Assembly: GCA_040285825.1 (NCBI GenBank)
Contig: JAUPSS010000009.1
Location: 682,001 to 746,000, forward strand
Source: Eukaryota sp. TZLM1-RC
Taxonomy: Eukaryota; Protista; Metamonada: BaSk clade
Length of the DNA stretch: 64,000 nucleotides
Reading direction: 5' to 3'
Shown here in pieces: positions 9,727 through 21,464 of this stretch. Below the pieces are notes generated by a model, which was not told the origin of the DNA, made no database searches, and was given only the letters and a program-made list of their open reading frames with translations. Both the position numbers and the translations under genes were made by a program. Numbering within the stretch: the first letter of the stretch is position 1; each line of letters begins with the position of its first letter.

Positions 9727-10559
9727 TGAAACAGAGTTAGGGAAAATTTGGGTGGAATGTGATTCTGTGATTTGCAAATTTCACAGATTTCAACCAAATC
9801 CATTTCAGTTTCCCACACAAAATTCTTCTTTTTACACTACTGGATTTGGGTTTGAAGCATGACTTGCTTCTCAACCCTGAAACCGATATACGTACTCTAA
9901 AGAACCATGCAATCGAAGATACTCAAGTCACAACCATTTATACATACTTATGGCTTGACAAGACACAATCAGAAGTGGCTGAGTTCTGTAATATGTGTGT
10001 ATTCGGATTTCTCTAAAATGAGTAACTATTCCAGTCAACAGCGAAAATCTCCCGTCATTCCATTTATGGGGTCTCAGTAGGTTGAAGTATTGGTTAGGTT
10101 TTAAAATGTGTTTCTTCCTGGAATATCTTCAAAATAAATATGGGAATAACACTGTTTTTAATCCGCAAACCACAGTTTTCATTAACCCCAGTGGACACAA
10201 TTGTAATGTTTAAGTACCGCGAAGGATGACAATTGTGAGATCCTTATACCAGTCTGTAATGAGTTATCTTCTGAACTTGAACAACTACCATCCCAAGTTT
10301 GCACCCAATGTTTCTCAAAGCTGGGAGATTACAGAACGTTCGGTTGGCATAGAAAAAATCGACAAAGCTAAATGAACAAGTAGTAAAATAAGTAGTTGAA
10401 AAATCTATTTATATATATACAAAAAATGATAGAGCTACAGATAAAATTGAAAGTCAAAGAACTGCCAAATAAGAAATCTTAGGATAAACAAGTTAATTCA
10501 AGTTAAAACATTTCAACAGCCAACATTTCAATTATTAAAAAAACTTTGAAAAATTCTAC

Positions 10560-12311
10560 TTAGCTGCCTAATTCCGTTGTTAGTAAATCCAAAATGACTC
10601 CATTTGTAAGTTTGTAATAAACCTTTAACAAATTATCAAATTGCTCATAATAATCGAGTAGAATTTGGGATATTAATTGCCAAATTTCATCTGAATGAAA
10701 TTCTAAAGAATTAAAAACTTTTTTCCGCATTGATGAAATCAAATTCTTGAAATTCGAATTAAATTGTTTTCTCACCAATAAGATATCTTCGACAGCAGTC
10801 CCGTGGAAGCAACGAAGTTCAACCGGCTTGGAAATTATGGGAATTAAACTGTTGACGTGATCAACTAGGTCAAAAAGATATCCAAAATAGGAAAGTACAA
10901 GACTTTTAGAGAAACTTTGAGACTCCTTCTCAAGGAGAGATTCCAAATGCTTGAAGTATTTAATCACCACAGCGTTCAATTCCAAATTTTCATCAGTCTC
11001 GTCCAAATTTTCATCACTGATCTCTTTTTTTAAACTAGACACCACAAACGCAAGATTATCAATACGACATTCCTTATTACTCTCAGTAGACTTTAACAAC
11101 CACGAACAAAAGCTATCAAAAATTTTAGTTAAAGCCAAAGAAGCCGTGCCACCTTTGAGGGAAGCAATTGAAAAAACAAGCTTAGAAATCTCCACAGAAG
11201 GAGCAACAACACCATTCTTTCTGGGTGATATTTTGAACGATTTAATAAAACTTGAGTAATCACCTAATGAAGAATTAAATAATTGACTCAACAATAATTG
11301 TGGTTCTGAAAGAAGAGCAGCTACGGCATTCACATCATCTTGGTATTCGGCAATGAACTTTTCAGTGGTTACTAATAAAGAGACAATTGTGGGAATAAGA
11401 GAAATATTGTGTGATGTGTTGGCCTTGTTGGATTCTTTTATTGATATTGACTTGACGTAGTCTGAGAGTGAATTTTTGGCAAATGCAAAGGTGTATAACA
11501 AATTAGAAGTTATGATCTCGTGTGAGCTGTTCTTGAAATATTCAGCTAACCAAACTTGTTCATTAAAAATTTCCCCACACAAAACTCGACAAAATTCCGA
11601 ATATTTCTCAACCAACTCAGCGTGGAAAATATTTGAAAAATTAAAGGATTTAAAAAAAGAACTAATAAAACCAGCTAAATGTTTTGCATAATGATCAACT
11701 ATCGTGTTATAGGAAATGGAATCCACTGAATAGAGTTCGTCAAGAAGAGACTCAAAAGGCTTTAAAAATGAATGGATTTCATCCAAAGAGTTGAAGCTTT
11801 TGAGCTGGTCAAACTGAGTCTTGAAGAAATCACGTATTTTTGAACCAAATGCTGTTCGAAGATTGTTTAATTCATCATAAAATTCCTGGACTGTCCGCAC
11901 ATTTTCCATTGGTTGTGGTGGTTTCCATTGAAGCAGCTGTTTGAGCAACTGCATCCTCTCAATAACCTCTAGCCTTCCGCTTTCTTGTTGGAGCTTGGTG
12001 ATGTTAAGTGAGGTGGCGAGGGATCGAAGGCTGGGCGGTATGGCTGTATCAGACATGAAGCGGTTGAGAAAGTAGAGTATACGTTGGGAGTTTTCACGTT
12101 CAATGGAAGCTGTTTTGATGGTTTGAATATTGGAATTGTCATTTTGATCGTTGTTGAAGAGGCTTTCTTTGGAGAAGTACTCGTTGGCACGGCGAGATAG
12201 CTCATTGTGTATAGCATCGACTTCATTAAACAATGATTGAATTTTAGAAAACTTCTCATGCTTGTTGCGCATTTCTTCAATGATAGCGCTCTCAGAAAGC
12301 AAGGAGCTCAT
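10560..12311 (-). CDS. Exocyst Sec3/EXOC1-like helical-rod protein (divergent)
   Basis: Helical 583-aa ORF with an N-terminal coiled coil. KISPRKNGV and C-terminal IWQ..SQ..LDYYEQFDNLLKVYY resemble Sec3_C. Confidence 0.55.
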   Translation of the reverse strand: MSSLLSESAIIEEMRNKHEKFSKIQSLFNEVDAIHNELSRRANEYFSKESLFNNDQNDNSNIQTIKTASIERENSQRILYFLNRFMSDTAIPPSLRSLATSLNITKLQQESGRLEVIERMQLLKQLLQWKPPQPMENVRTVQEFYDELNNLRTAFGSKIRDFFKTQFDQLKSFNSLDEIHSFLKPFESLLDELYSVDSISYNTIVDHYAKHLAGFISSFFKSFNFSNIFHAELVEKYSEFCRVLCGEIFNEQVWLAEYFKNSSHEIITSNLLYTFAFAKNSLSDYVKSISIKESNKANTSHNISLIPTIVSLLVTTEKFIAEYQDDVNAVAALLSEPQLLLSQLFNSSLGDYSSFIKSFKISPRKNGVVAPSVEISKLVFSIASLKGGTASLALTKIFDSFCSWLLKSTESNKECRIDNLAFVVSSLKKEISDENLDETDENLELNAVVIKYFKHLESLLEKESQSFSKSLVLSYFGYLFDLVDHVNSLIPIISKPVELRCFHGTAVEDILLVRKQFNSNFKNLISSMRKKVFNSLEFHSDEIWQLISQILLDYYEQFDNLLKVYYKLTNGVILDLLTTELGS

Positions 12312-12396
12312 GATGAAAAGAAATGGACAAGGGATTAATGTGGATTTCAATCTAAATGTTCACAATTCTCAGCATCCTTGACCTTTCTTCTTCAGT

Positions 12397-13347
12397 ATGA
12401 GTGCAGTTTTCCACTGGGAAAACATGCCTAAATTTGCACTCGTGATATCCAAAAAAGATGAACCTTCAGAAAGTGCTGCTGTCCATATTGCTTCTTTTCT
12501 ACACAGCAGAAGTGTTCACATAATTCTGGAATCTCACCTATGTCAATTAGCGACCTTTCCAGTGACACCTTTAAATTCTTCTCGTCTTAATCATATAGAT
12601 TTTGTTGTGACTGTAGGGGGAGATGGTACTGTCATTCACGCAGCCCAGTACTTCCCTAATCGCAAACCTCCGTTGATCGCCTTTAATGCGGGGTCTTTAG
12701 GTTTTCTTACACCCTTTCTTATTGAAGACTTTCCCAGTGCCCTGAGTAAGGTACTTCAAGGAGGGTTCTGTACAACATTAAGACATTCCCTTGAATGCTA
12801 CCGAATCACTGATGCAGGACGACAGTATTTTTTTTCATTAAACGAGGTGGCAATAGAAAGAAGCCACAATTCTTCACTTACCTCATGGTCTGGAGCGTCA
12901 TCTATTCTCCAACGGCAACCGATTTTTGACTGTTACTGCAATGATTTGCTAATCACATCAGTAGTTGCCGATGGAGTTCTGCTTGCTACTTCTACTGGTT
13001 CCACGGCTTACTCCCTATCTGCTGGTGGTAGCTGTGTTCATCCTGCTGTGCCGGCAATTCTACTGACACCTATATGTCCCCAAAGTAAGTGTTTCAAATC
13101 TATCACATTACCAGGGTCTTCTGTGGTCAAGATCAAAATTCGAAATTTGTCCTCACGTTTTGATCGTATTTCAATCTATTTTGATGGGAGATCAGGAAGT
13201 ACAATTGGTGCAGGGGATTCGGTGGAAGTATGTATATCTAATCATCCATTGTTGACTGTCTGTAGGGAAACTCAGACAGTTGATTGGTTTGAGAGTCTGA
13301 GAGATAGTTTGAATTGGAATAAGAGAATTGTACAAAAAAGTAAATAA
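12397..13347 (+). CDS. NADK: NAD(+) kinase
   Basis: VGGDGT, GSLGFL, LNEV, ADG...ATSTGSTAYSLSAGG and LTPICP motifs. Confidence 0.95.
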   Translation: MSAVFHWENMPKFALVISKKDEPSESAAVHIASFLHSRSVHIILESHLCQLATFPVTPLNSSRLNHIDFVVTVGGDGTVIHAAQYFPNRKPPLIAFNAGSLGFLTPFLIEDFPSALSKVLQGGFCTTLRHSLECYRITDAGRQYFFSLNEVAIERSHNSSLTSWSGASSILQRQPIFDCYCNDLLITSVVADGVLLATSTGSTAYSLSAGGSCVHPAVPAILLTPICPQSKCFKSITLPGSSVVKIKIRNLSSRFDRISIYFDGRSGSTIGAGDSVEVCISNHPLLTVCRETQTVDWFESLRDSLNWNKRIVQKSK

Positions 13348-13560
13348 AATTGTATATATTGATTGATTAATTCTTTAACTTTGAAATAGTTGAAAAATTG
13401 TATTCAGATGAGTGTTGATTTGTCTTTATACGTACTGTATATTGATCATTTACACAAGTTTTTTTACCGAAAAGTCAGTGTTGTGATTAATAATGATGTT
13501 TTAATAAAACGCTAATGAATTAATTATTAAATTTTAGAAAACACACAGCAACAACTTCAT

Positions 13561-13974
13561 TCAATTAACTAGCCGAAACACATCATTAGTTAAAAACCAT
13601 TGATTCTTCCCTGGACTAGTCAAATGAAACATCTGCCGGAACTTGATTGGTTGGTCTGAATTCTTGTTAGCGATAATGTTTCCTGATACCATGATGAAGA
13701 TACCATTGGTGGTGGATGGTTGACAATCTATATACATATTATCAACGTTGTGCTCAACGGTTTCAAAGCTTAGTCCGTTTGTGAGTTGCTTTATTATGTT
13801 TGTTGTTCCATGATAATGCTTGCCTTCAAAAGTAAGCATAGATTCATCACACTGCAGTGAGTATTAGAGGACATGACAAACATAAAAAGAAGAAAGTTGC
13901 TGTCTGTCTGAATCAAAGATCTTGTAGTATTGTTTGACGAAAGCACGTCCGATTTCTTCAAAAGAAGCTGACAT
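13561..13974 (-). CDS. NTF2: Nuclear transport factor 2, paralogue a; intron 13852-13881
   Basis: Spliced ORF MSASFEEIGRAFVKQYYKIFDSDR...SMLTFEG...DCQPS...NDVFRL with a 30-nt GT-AG intron. Confidence 0.9.
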
Positions 13975-14059
13975 CGGTTCTTAGTTAGCTTAGTAAGTTA
14001 ATGTAATAATGGATAAGATGAGGAAATTTGGATTTTTTAATTTTTTTATATAAACCTAG

Positions 14060-16910
14060 TTTTTTCTACACATAAGAAACAAAATTCTCCACGCCAACTC
14101 TTGATAAATCCTTATACAGCTTGGACATCATTAAATTTAAGTACTTGGGAACACTTCTGTACAAAGCAAAAAGATACGATTCTTCCATAAATTCCCAGTA
14201 AAATTCTTACCACTTGAACGACATTAATTACCAAAATCATTGAGAAAATTCAAGGCAGACTGTCCAATGTTGCCAAAAATCGAAAAGGCAAAAGGAACAA
14301 ACAAAACTTCGAGTAAAGATTCTTATTTAAATCATTTAATATCTCAGTATATTTGTCTCTTTACCAATCCTCAGCCTTATTTAAATGACCATTATAACTA
14401 AGTAAAACATCATTACGATAAATAAAAGCAAAGGGATCAACTGTATTAAAATCAACAACAACTTGAGAGGAATCCACAAAAGGAGCAATTAAATCACCTC
14501 GACGTGAATTAAACAGATTATTATCGCTATTATGCTTCAACAATAATTCTACTTTGCAACTAAAATTGTAACACTTAAACATCTGATATGTCACATCACG
14601 AACGGCATTATGAAGAACTGACCGATATTGAAGAAATTTCATACAACTGACAATATGATGGAAATTGGCAGTAGGTTTTTCGTTACAAATACAATCAGAA
14701 TTATCCAAAAGACCACTTGGATACAGCCCTAATCTCAAACGCATGTTTTGTTTCCAAGCTGCTTTTGTTAGGTGAAGACCAAATTGCCTTGGTTGTTGAA
14801 ATATTAAACAAGTGCAATTCTGGATGTCTGATAAAAAGGCAGCAAAGACAAGATTATTAATCTTAGTCACACTAAGTCGTTTAGAGATATCCATGTCTTC
14901 AAACCCAATTAAAACAGACTGCTGTAATTTCACAACAGCAAGATGAACATTGGTAAAAGATCTCGAAGGTACAGAAGGCAAACTTGAAGGAAAACACTTA
15001 TTCCACATATCAACAGGTAGTTTTTGTACCATGTTTTCAAGAGAAATTAATACTGTATGTGATTCATTCAAAGGAATATGATCAAACCAAAATTTCCACT
15101 CAAAAAGAAAATTTTTCATACCACCAATAAAAGCACTTTTGCATAAATACTGTGCTTTTGAAAAACCAACTCTTTTTAATTTATTAAAAAACTTATGAAG
15201 ATCTAAATAATCCATCTCTCCCATAACACACCAACTAGATACAACTCTCTCATAGTGGGATCCAAGAAAAAGCACAGCATCAGAATCCGTCTTCAACATC
15301 CCCTCAAAAATAGAAAACACAATGATGGTGATGTTTACAATCATTTCAAAATCTGCCAAAAATGTATAGCCGTTGTAACAAGTGAACCCAAAAGAGAAAA
15401 TACAAATGGATACAAATTGTATTACATGCTATTGACTGGACAATTTAAATAAAGGTTCAATGTATTTATTGATTTTAAAATTTTCAGCATTTGAAGAGGA
15501 TTATGAATTTTAGAATTAGCAAGCTTTCTATTTGACACATTACATCCACTAAAATGAAGGTTCCATCTAATGCTGGTAATATGACATTATTCTTATGAAA
15601 ATCATCTTTAGCATCCAACGGATCCAAAAAAGATTCAATTTTATGAGATTTACACATACACTATAATTGGTCTTTGACAGCATCATGAACCTTGCTTCCA
15701 AAAGTAGTGCAATGTTTACAATTTAACAAATGAGTAATTGTAATTTTTCTTTTTAAATTTTGATTAATTTATTCTAATATTTACAGTCTCAAAATCAGTA
15801 TCTTCATTGTAACTTTTCAAGAACATTTGTAAATTGAATTATGAAGTAATCTATCGGACCAGATAAAGGAACGAAGTCTTATATCCATAATCCAGTCAAT
15901 AATCAGTAAGAGAGTGCCATAAACATGAAAAATGGTTGTTACTAAAGCAGAAAACGTACTATCACACAAATCTTGTAAAAAATTCTTTCAGGATTTTTTC
16001 TTAGTCAAGCACAGTCTAATGTCAAGTTCCAAGCTTTCAAAAATCTTTGACAATTTTTCCTGAAGTTTTTTGCAATGAAAATGCAAACTAAAAAGAGGCC
16101 GGCCCGAAATTTCTTGAATTCATTGGCGAAATATTGCCAGATATGGGGTGGCAAGCTCGCAAATTCGGAAAATAACTTCTACCAATATAGACTGGTATTC
16201 GTATAAGTTAATTGAGAATTTTAAAGAAATCTGCGAGCAATTCGATATATAAATTTTTTTTCTTCCAATGATAGGTCCAAATAGAAAACTTTCTAAATCA
16301 AACACCTCGAAAATCTGCAGAAAATGACTGATTTTTCAACACTCTTGGAGTTTCATCCAATAGTTCTGCAACGAAGTCTGTCCTCAATGAAGTAAAGAAT
16401 CGAGGAAAATGCATTGAAAATGCAAACAAAAATTGAATCAAGTTCAATTTTCATTGTTTGCAAAAAAAGTTTGTATTTAATTCAGAATTTGAGGCACATT
16501 TATTAACCAACAATTATGAAATTTAAAAGCCTCACTATCATCATTGTTAAAAGGGACAACAGAATCATTCATCACAATATCCTGAGCAGAAGAACTTATC
16601 AGAAGGCATTTGTTCGCATTGAGAGGAAGCCCAATTTTTTATATGAAACTGTTATTTGTTGAGCTACCAGTTGAAGCAAATCAAATGATCCAATCACAGA
16701 AATATTTTCTATATTAGCAACTATTTTGAGAAAACGGTATTTTTGCTTGATAATGTCTTAAGTTTAGTGAATAGCCAAATAGAACAAAAGAAGGCCTAAA
16801 TGATCACATTGTTTCACACCAGAAAATACTTTTAAAACAGATAAATAGAAAATTAAGTCCGAGTCTTTACCATAAAAGCGATAGAAAAATCTGGAAAACT
16901 TAGAAAAATC
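14060..16910 (-). mobile_element. Mosaic of decayed CRE-like non-LTR retrotransposons (RT and RLE fragments, at least two subfamilies nested)
   Basis: ORF 14361-15359 fuses the 3' end of one subfamily (GSHYERV..GEMDYLD) to another (CIC..HHIVSC, HNAVRD, RRGDL). RT remnants GVKQCDHLG and GLPLNANKC at 16560-16830. Confidence 0.75.
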
Positions 16911-17367
16911 AACCAAAAACATAAAACCTTCACTTATCAAATAACATTCGCTGGCAAGACTGATTTGTCATCAACAATTATTATATGTCTTGAAGCTACC
17001 GTATGCGTAATGTTTCAGCAAAACATAACATAATTGTAATCAATATCATTAGGAAAAGGAGATGCCTCATGGGAGTTGATCTCAGGTTTAATTCTTATTG
17101 TCTTTGGCGTAAAGAGATTCACTTTTCAGTTAATCAAATACGTTGCCATCTGATGTTGTTCATTCTTCGTCATAATATTATGTACCCCCTTCTTATTTAT
17201 TTAAAACACTTGTTGAACAGCAAATGATTCATTACTTAAAATCTTTGTGGTTGTTCAAGCAATGTTGTGAAGTTACTCTACCAAGTAAGCTGAACAAAGG
17301 TCATAAGGTTAAATTAAAACTTTAGATTCATAAACTACAGTTCTTTTTATACAAAACCACCTGCATC

Positions 17368-18843
17368 ATGTTTGGTGATCGACAATCTGCCAAAACCACT
17401 TTCCGTAATGGACAAGATCTAGAGAAGCGTGTTACAGCATCTCGAATGTCTTCGAGACTCAGAAAACAAGAACTACTTGCAGCAAAAAGACGCTTAATTC
17501 CTTCAAAACCAGCAAATGAGGCTCTGCTTGAACAAGCCACTGATATTGTACTCAGCGTGAAGGCTGCTTCTATAGCGACTATACGCGAGCCACTCAGAAG
17601 ATTGCGTGATCTGCTTTCATCAGGGGAAGAGACTGCAATCGCTCAGACAGTTAATGCAGGATTAATTATGAAATTGGCAACTGTTCTTGAAAACAGTGAG
17701 ACTGCCATTCAATTGGATATCCTGTGGTGTTTTACTAGTATGTAATTTCCATCAATTGTTACCCCATATATTGCCGCTGGGCCAACTATCTATGCGAAGG
17801 AGCTCCTTAAACTAGTTCCTACGCTATATTTGTTTTTGTCTTCAAATAACCCATTAATACAAGAGCAAATTATCTGGTGCTTTGGTAATCTTGCAGGTGA
17901 TTCTTTAGAATTCCAAGAGATACTCCGACATCATGATGTACCTGAAGCTGTACTGAAAACTTTACCAGAAGAGGCTAAGGATGCTGAAGCCAAATTGTCT
18001 GATGCACTTTCAGATTTCCGGAAAACTGTTATATGGACTCTTGCAAACTTATGCAGGGGTCCCTTCCCAGACGATTTCGATCCTTTTGTTGCCAGCATAC
18101 CATATACCATCGCCGCATTGATGGATTCCAACTCTACAATCGATGCTGCATGGATGTTATGCTATGTAACATCACATCATGTAGACGAAGATATCTTCCA
18201 ACAACTGTCTACCAAGAAACTTCTTGGCTTTGTATTTGAAATCCTGGGGAAGAATGTTATTTCAGATTCCTCAGTTTCTCTTCCTCTACTTCGCTTGCTC
18301 GGGAATCTGATCGCGGGACCTGACCCTTATGCTGAAGCTGTAGTCAATTTTAATCCCACTGTTTGCATATCGTTGCTTCTCACAGTTCTGACTGACAGTG
18401 GAGATGATCGATGTAAGACAGAAGCGTGTTTCGTTCTTGGGAACATTTCTGGCACACAGACTGTTGCCCACCAGCTAGTGAAACCAGAAGTCATCAACGT
18501 ATTGAGCACAGTTTTTAGCTCTGGAGGGTTCAATTTCGATATGAAAAGAGAAGCAGCTGCAGTTATTTCTAACCTTTGTTTTGTAGATCCAAGTTTCATG
18601 CTGAATAGCAACATTTTAACATTTTTCCCACAGCTTTTAAAAACACATGATACTCAAATGCATTCCATTGTTGTGGGGGGCATTTCTGGAATATTGGGCA
18701 GACTGGGTGAAGATGCGGCCCCATCATTAGTTGATCAAGGAGTCTTTGCTGCATTGAACTTCTTGGCTGAATCACTTGATAGTAATATGGCAGCTCAAGC
18801 TGGTTTGTTAGTAGATCGATATTTTGATAGTTTTTTAGAGTAG
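17368..18843 (+). CDS. Importin-alpha-like armadillo-repeat protein, 481 aa; probable intron 17738-17767
   Basis: IBB-like basic N-terminus (LRKQELLAAKRR) and ARM motifs WCFT[N]IAAG, QIIWCFGNLAGDS, WTLANLCRG, DAAWMLCY, LRLLGNL, EACFVLGNI. Confidence 0.88.
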
Positions 18844-19104
18844 TGTGTGATTCATTTTTCCCGACTTGTGCATACGTAAAAACCTTCACCAAACCGTTTT
18901 TTTGCAGGCAAAATTCAAGATTTGATATCAATTTCCTCATTTTTTTGACTTTTTTTCGCAATTTCAGAGCTTAAAGAATGCAGTAATGTGAACCCCCCAA
19001 ATCTTCCACTTAAATAAATAAAAAAAATTAGTTCTTCGTTATACTTCAACTTCAAAATTAAATCACCCCAGAAACAAATTAACAAAAGTTTTGCTTTTGT
19101 TGTC

Positions 19105-19301
19105 ATTTGGAGATATAGACATTACACTGCAATTCTTGTTTAACTAATCCCTCCATCGCGTTAGTGAGCAAACTGGCTCAAGCCCTTACTAAAGTTACAG
19201 GGCTCAAAAAGGAAAATCTGTCTATCAAATCACCTACACCGTTTACCTTAATTAGTGTGAGTGGCATTAATTGGGGTAAATGGTGTAGTGCTTGCTGGTG
19301 G
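19105..19301 (+). ncRNA. Candidate structured non-coding RNA (identity unknown)
   Basis: 24-bp stem at 19234-19288 in which every non-Watson-Crick pair is G.U on the + strand, plus further helices nearby (see findings). Confidence 0.45.
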
Positions 19302-19355
19302 CTCAAAATGAAAAATCGAAATTTGATTTTCCAAGACTTCTCCTCCTCCCCACAA

Positions 19356-20471
19356 ATGAAATACTTCGTCTTTGGAATCGGAAACCCTCTTCTCGACATT
19401 ACTGCTGTTGTTGAACCCGCATATTTGGAAAAATATGGGTTGGAACGTGGATCAGCCATTCTTGCTGAAGAAAAGCATATGCCTATCTATGATGAAATCG
19501 TTAAAAAGTATGACGTGAAAAACTCCGGTGGCGGAGCGACCCAAAACTCTATCCGTATTGCAGCATCTATTTTGGGCAGGGGCAAATGTGCTTACATTGG
19601 TGCCGTAGGTGATGATGAAACTGCCTCTACATTGAAGTCTTGTGTCGAAGGTGATGGTGTTGACACCTTCTATCAGTCAGTTGAGAAGAAAATGACAGGT
19701 ACCTGTGCTGTTCTTGTTGTTGACAGAGAACGTACTCTAGTCACAGCTCTTGAAGCTGCTAACGATCTCTCAATTGATCATATCAATGAGCACAAAACTA
19801 CCATTACAGAATCCAAGATCATTTACTCTTCTGGTTATGTTCTCACGGCCTGTCCTCAAGTGACAGAAATAGCAGAAGCAGTCTCCAATACTGAAAACTG
19901 TTTATATGCAGTCAATCTAGCTGCCCCCTTTTTAGCTGAGGTCCCTATGTTCCGTGAATCCATGATTAAAATGATTGAACACTGTGCAATTGTCTTTGGA
20001 AACGATTCTGAAGCCAAAGCTTTTGCGAAAACCCAAGAATGGTCCTCTGAATTGGAGGAAATAGCTAAGAATATTGCCGATATGCCTTTCAAGGGTACAT
20101 CAACTATTAAACGTTTAGTTGTCATTACTTGTGGTGCTGATGCTACAATCACATGTGTTGCCGGGGAATCAGCCGTTGAACATTCTGTAGCTGTCGTCCC
20201 TAATGAGGAAATTGTTGATGTAAATGGTGCTGGTGATGCTTTTGTTGGGGGATTCTTGTCCTCATATGCTCAAGAAAAACCTCTTGCTGATTGTATCCGT
20301 GTAGCACATGAGGTAGCTGGTGTCGTGATTCGTCGTGCTGGAGTTTCTGTTGAAGGAATCCGGGAAAAACTTGAAGAAGAAGGTCTTATTCCAAAGGTTG
20401 CTGCTGAACCTGAAAAGAAGGAAACAGTCTCTCCTCCCATGAAACGGGCACGTGCCTATACTAATTCCTAG
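19356..20471 (+). CDS. ADK: Adenosine kinase (PfkB family)
   Basis: GIGNPLLDI, GGGATQNS, TGTCAVL, NLAAPF, FGNDSEA and DVNGAGDAFVGGF. ATG at 19356. Confidence 0.95.
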   Translation: MKYFVFGIGNPLLDITAVVEPAYLEKYGLERGSAILAEEKHMPIYDEIVKKYDVKNSGGGATQNSIRIAASILGRGKCAYIGAVGDDETASTLKSCVEGDGVDTFYQSVEKKMTGTCAVLVVDRERTLVTALEAANDLSIDHINEHKTTITESKIIYSSGYVLTACPQVTEIAEAVSNTENCLYAVNLAAPFLAEVPMFRESMIKMIEHCAIVFGNDSEAKAFAKTQEWSSELEEIAKNIADMPFKGTSTIKRLVVITCGADATITCVAGESAVEHSVAVVPNEEIVDVNGAGDAFVGGFLSSYAQEKPLADCIRVAHEVAGVVIRRAGVSVEGIREKLEEEGLIPKVAAEPEKKETVSPPMKRARAYTNS

Positions 20472-20684
20472 TTTTGTTTCTTTTTAGTTTTGTTTTAATA
20501 GTATAAATATTTAATTTTGGACCTTTGTTTATGGCGTCTTTGATACTTGTTTGTCCTCAAAAGATGACGCAGATGATGAGAGCTTCAGTTGTGTAAGTCT
20601 AAGAAATTCAGTGATATCACGTCATCAATACTTTTAAAAACGGCAACTGTTTGGTTGCGACAATTTTACACACCTCTTACATCA

Positions 20685-21216
20685 ATGAAACTTGCTATTA
20701 TTTACGGATCTGAAACCGGTAATTCGTTTGTAACACTCTATAGCCTGTATTCATCACAGTGAAGGTGGGAATCATTGCTGAAATCTTATCATAGAATTTG
20801 CTGAAGAAATCGCTGACCACTATGGCGTTGAAGCCACAGAAGGAAACGAATTTGACATTGCCAAACTCCCTGAAGTACAAAACATTATTGTTGTTGTTGG
20901 CACCGCTGGTGATGGGGAATATCCCTCCAACTTTGATGAATTTGCTGAAAGTCTAGAAGAAGAGAAGCCCGATCTCTCCAAGAGCAAGTTTGCTGTTTTC
21001 GGATTGGGTAGTACTTCCTATGATGCTTTCTGTGAGGCTGCCAAAAAGATCCAAAAAGTTTTGAAGGATCTTGGAGCTTCCCCATTGGCTGTCAAATCCG
21101 ACAACTTTGGTTTGTTTCTTATATTCTCACTCATTCCAGGTGATGATGAAGACGATGATGGTTATAAAACCAAGGGTGAACCCTGGTTTGAAGAACTCAA
21201 AACCGTTCTTGCTTAA
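20685..21216 (+). CDS. Stand-alone short-chain flavodoxin, 145 aa; introns 20726-20759, 20765-20794 and 21110-21139
   Basis: Spliced product MKLAIIYGSETGNSEEFAEEI...VVGTAGDGEYP...FAVFGLGSTSYDAFCEA carries all three FMN-binding loops. Missed as a single gene by the ORF track. Confidence 0.88.
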
Positions 21217-21464
21217 TATTGTGTATTTATTAGTGAATCCTTGAAATAAATTTAGGGAGCATGTGTATAATTTTATTCTTCAATCTTTTGAAAAGACTGA
21301 AACCTTTCATTATTCCTTAGATGAAGAAACATCATGAAAAACACTAGTTGCAAATTCCTGCTAGGAATCTGTATTTCAAAATGCACAATTATTTTCCTTG
21401 AGAACAAAAATCTTGGCATCAAATTTATACGTTTTTACTCCTAATACACTCTTAACTGGGCTTT

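Noticed and set aside
9860-10320. Possible Tc1/IS630 transposase N-terminal scrap (HAIEDTQVTTIYTYLWL..QSEVAEF) and an A1 retroelement scrap (ELSSELEQLPSQV)
   Set aside because: Too short and degenerate to call with confidence. No DDE domain or TIRs seen.
14361-15359. 332-aa ORF as a novel gene
   Set aside because: It is a chance in-frame fusion of two nested retrotransposon fragments. The same applies to 54903-55349 and 50792-51442.
19180-19197. GCCCTTACTAAAG resembles U5 snRNA loop I
   Set aside because: It differs from the invariant GCCUUUUAC, and the flanking U5 stem and Sm site are not present.
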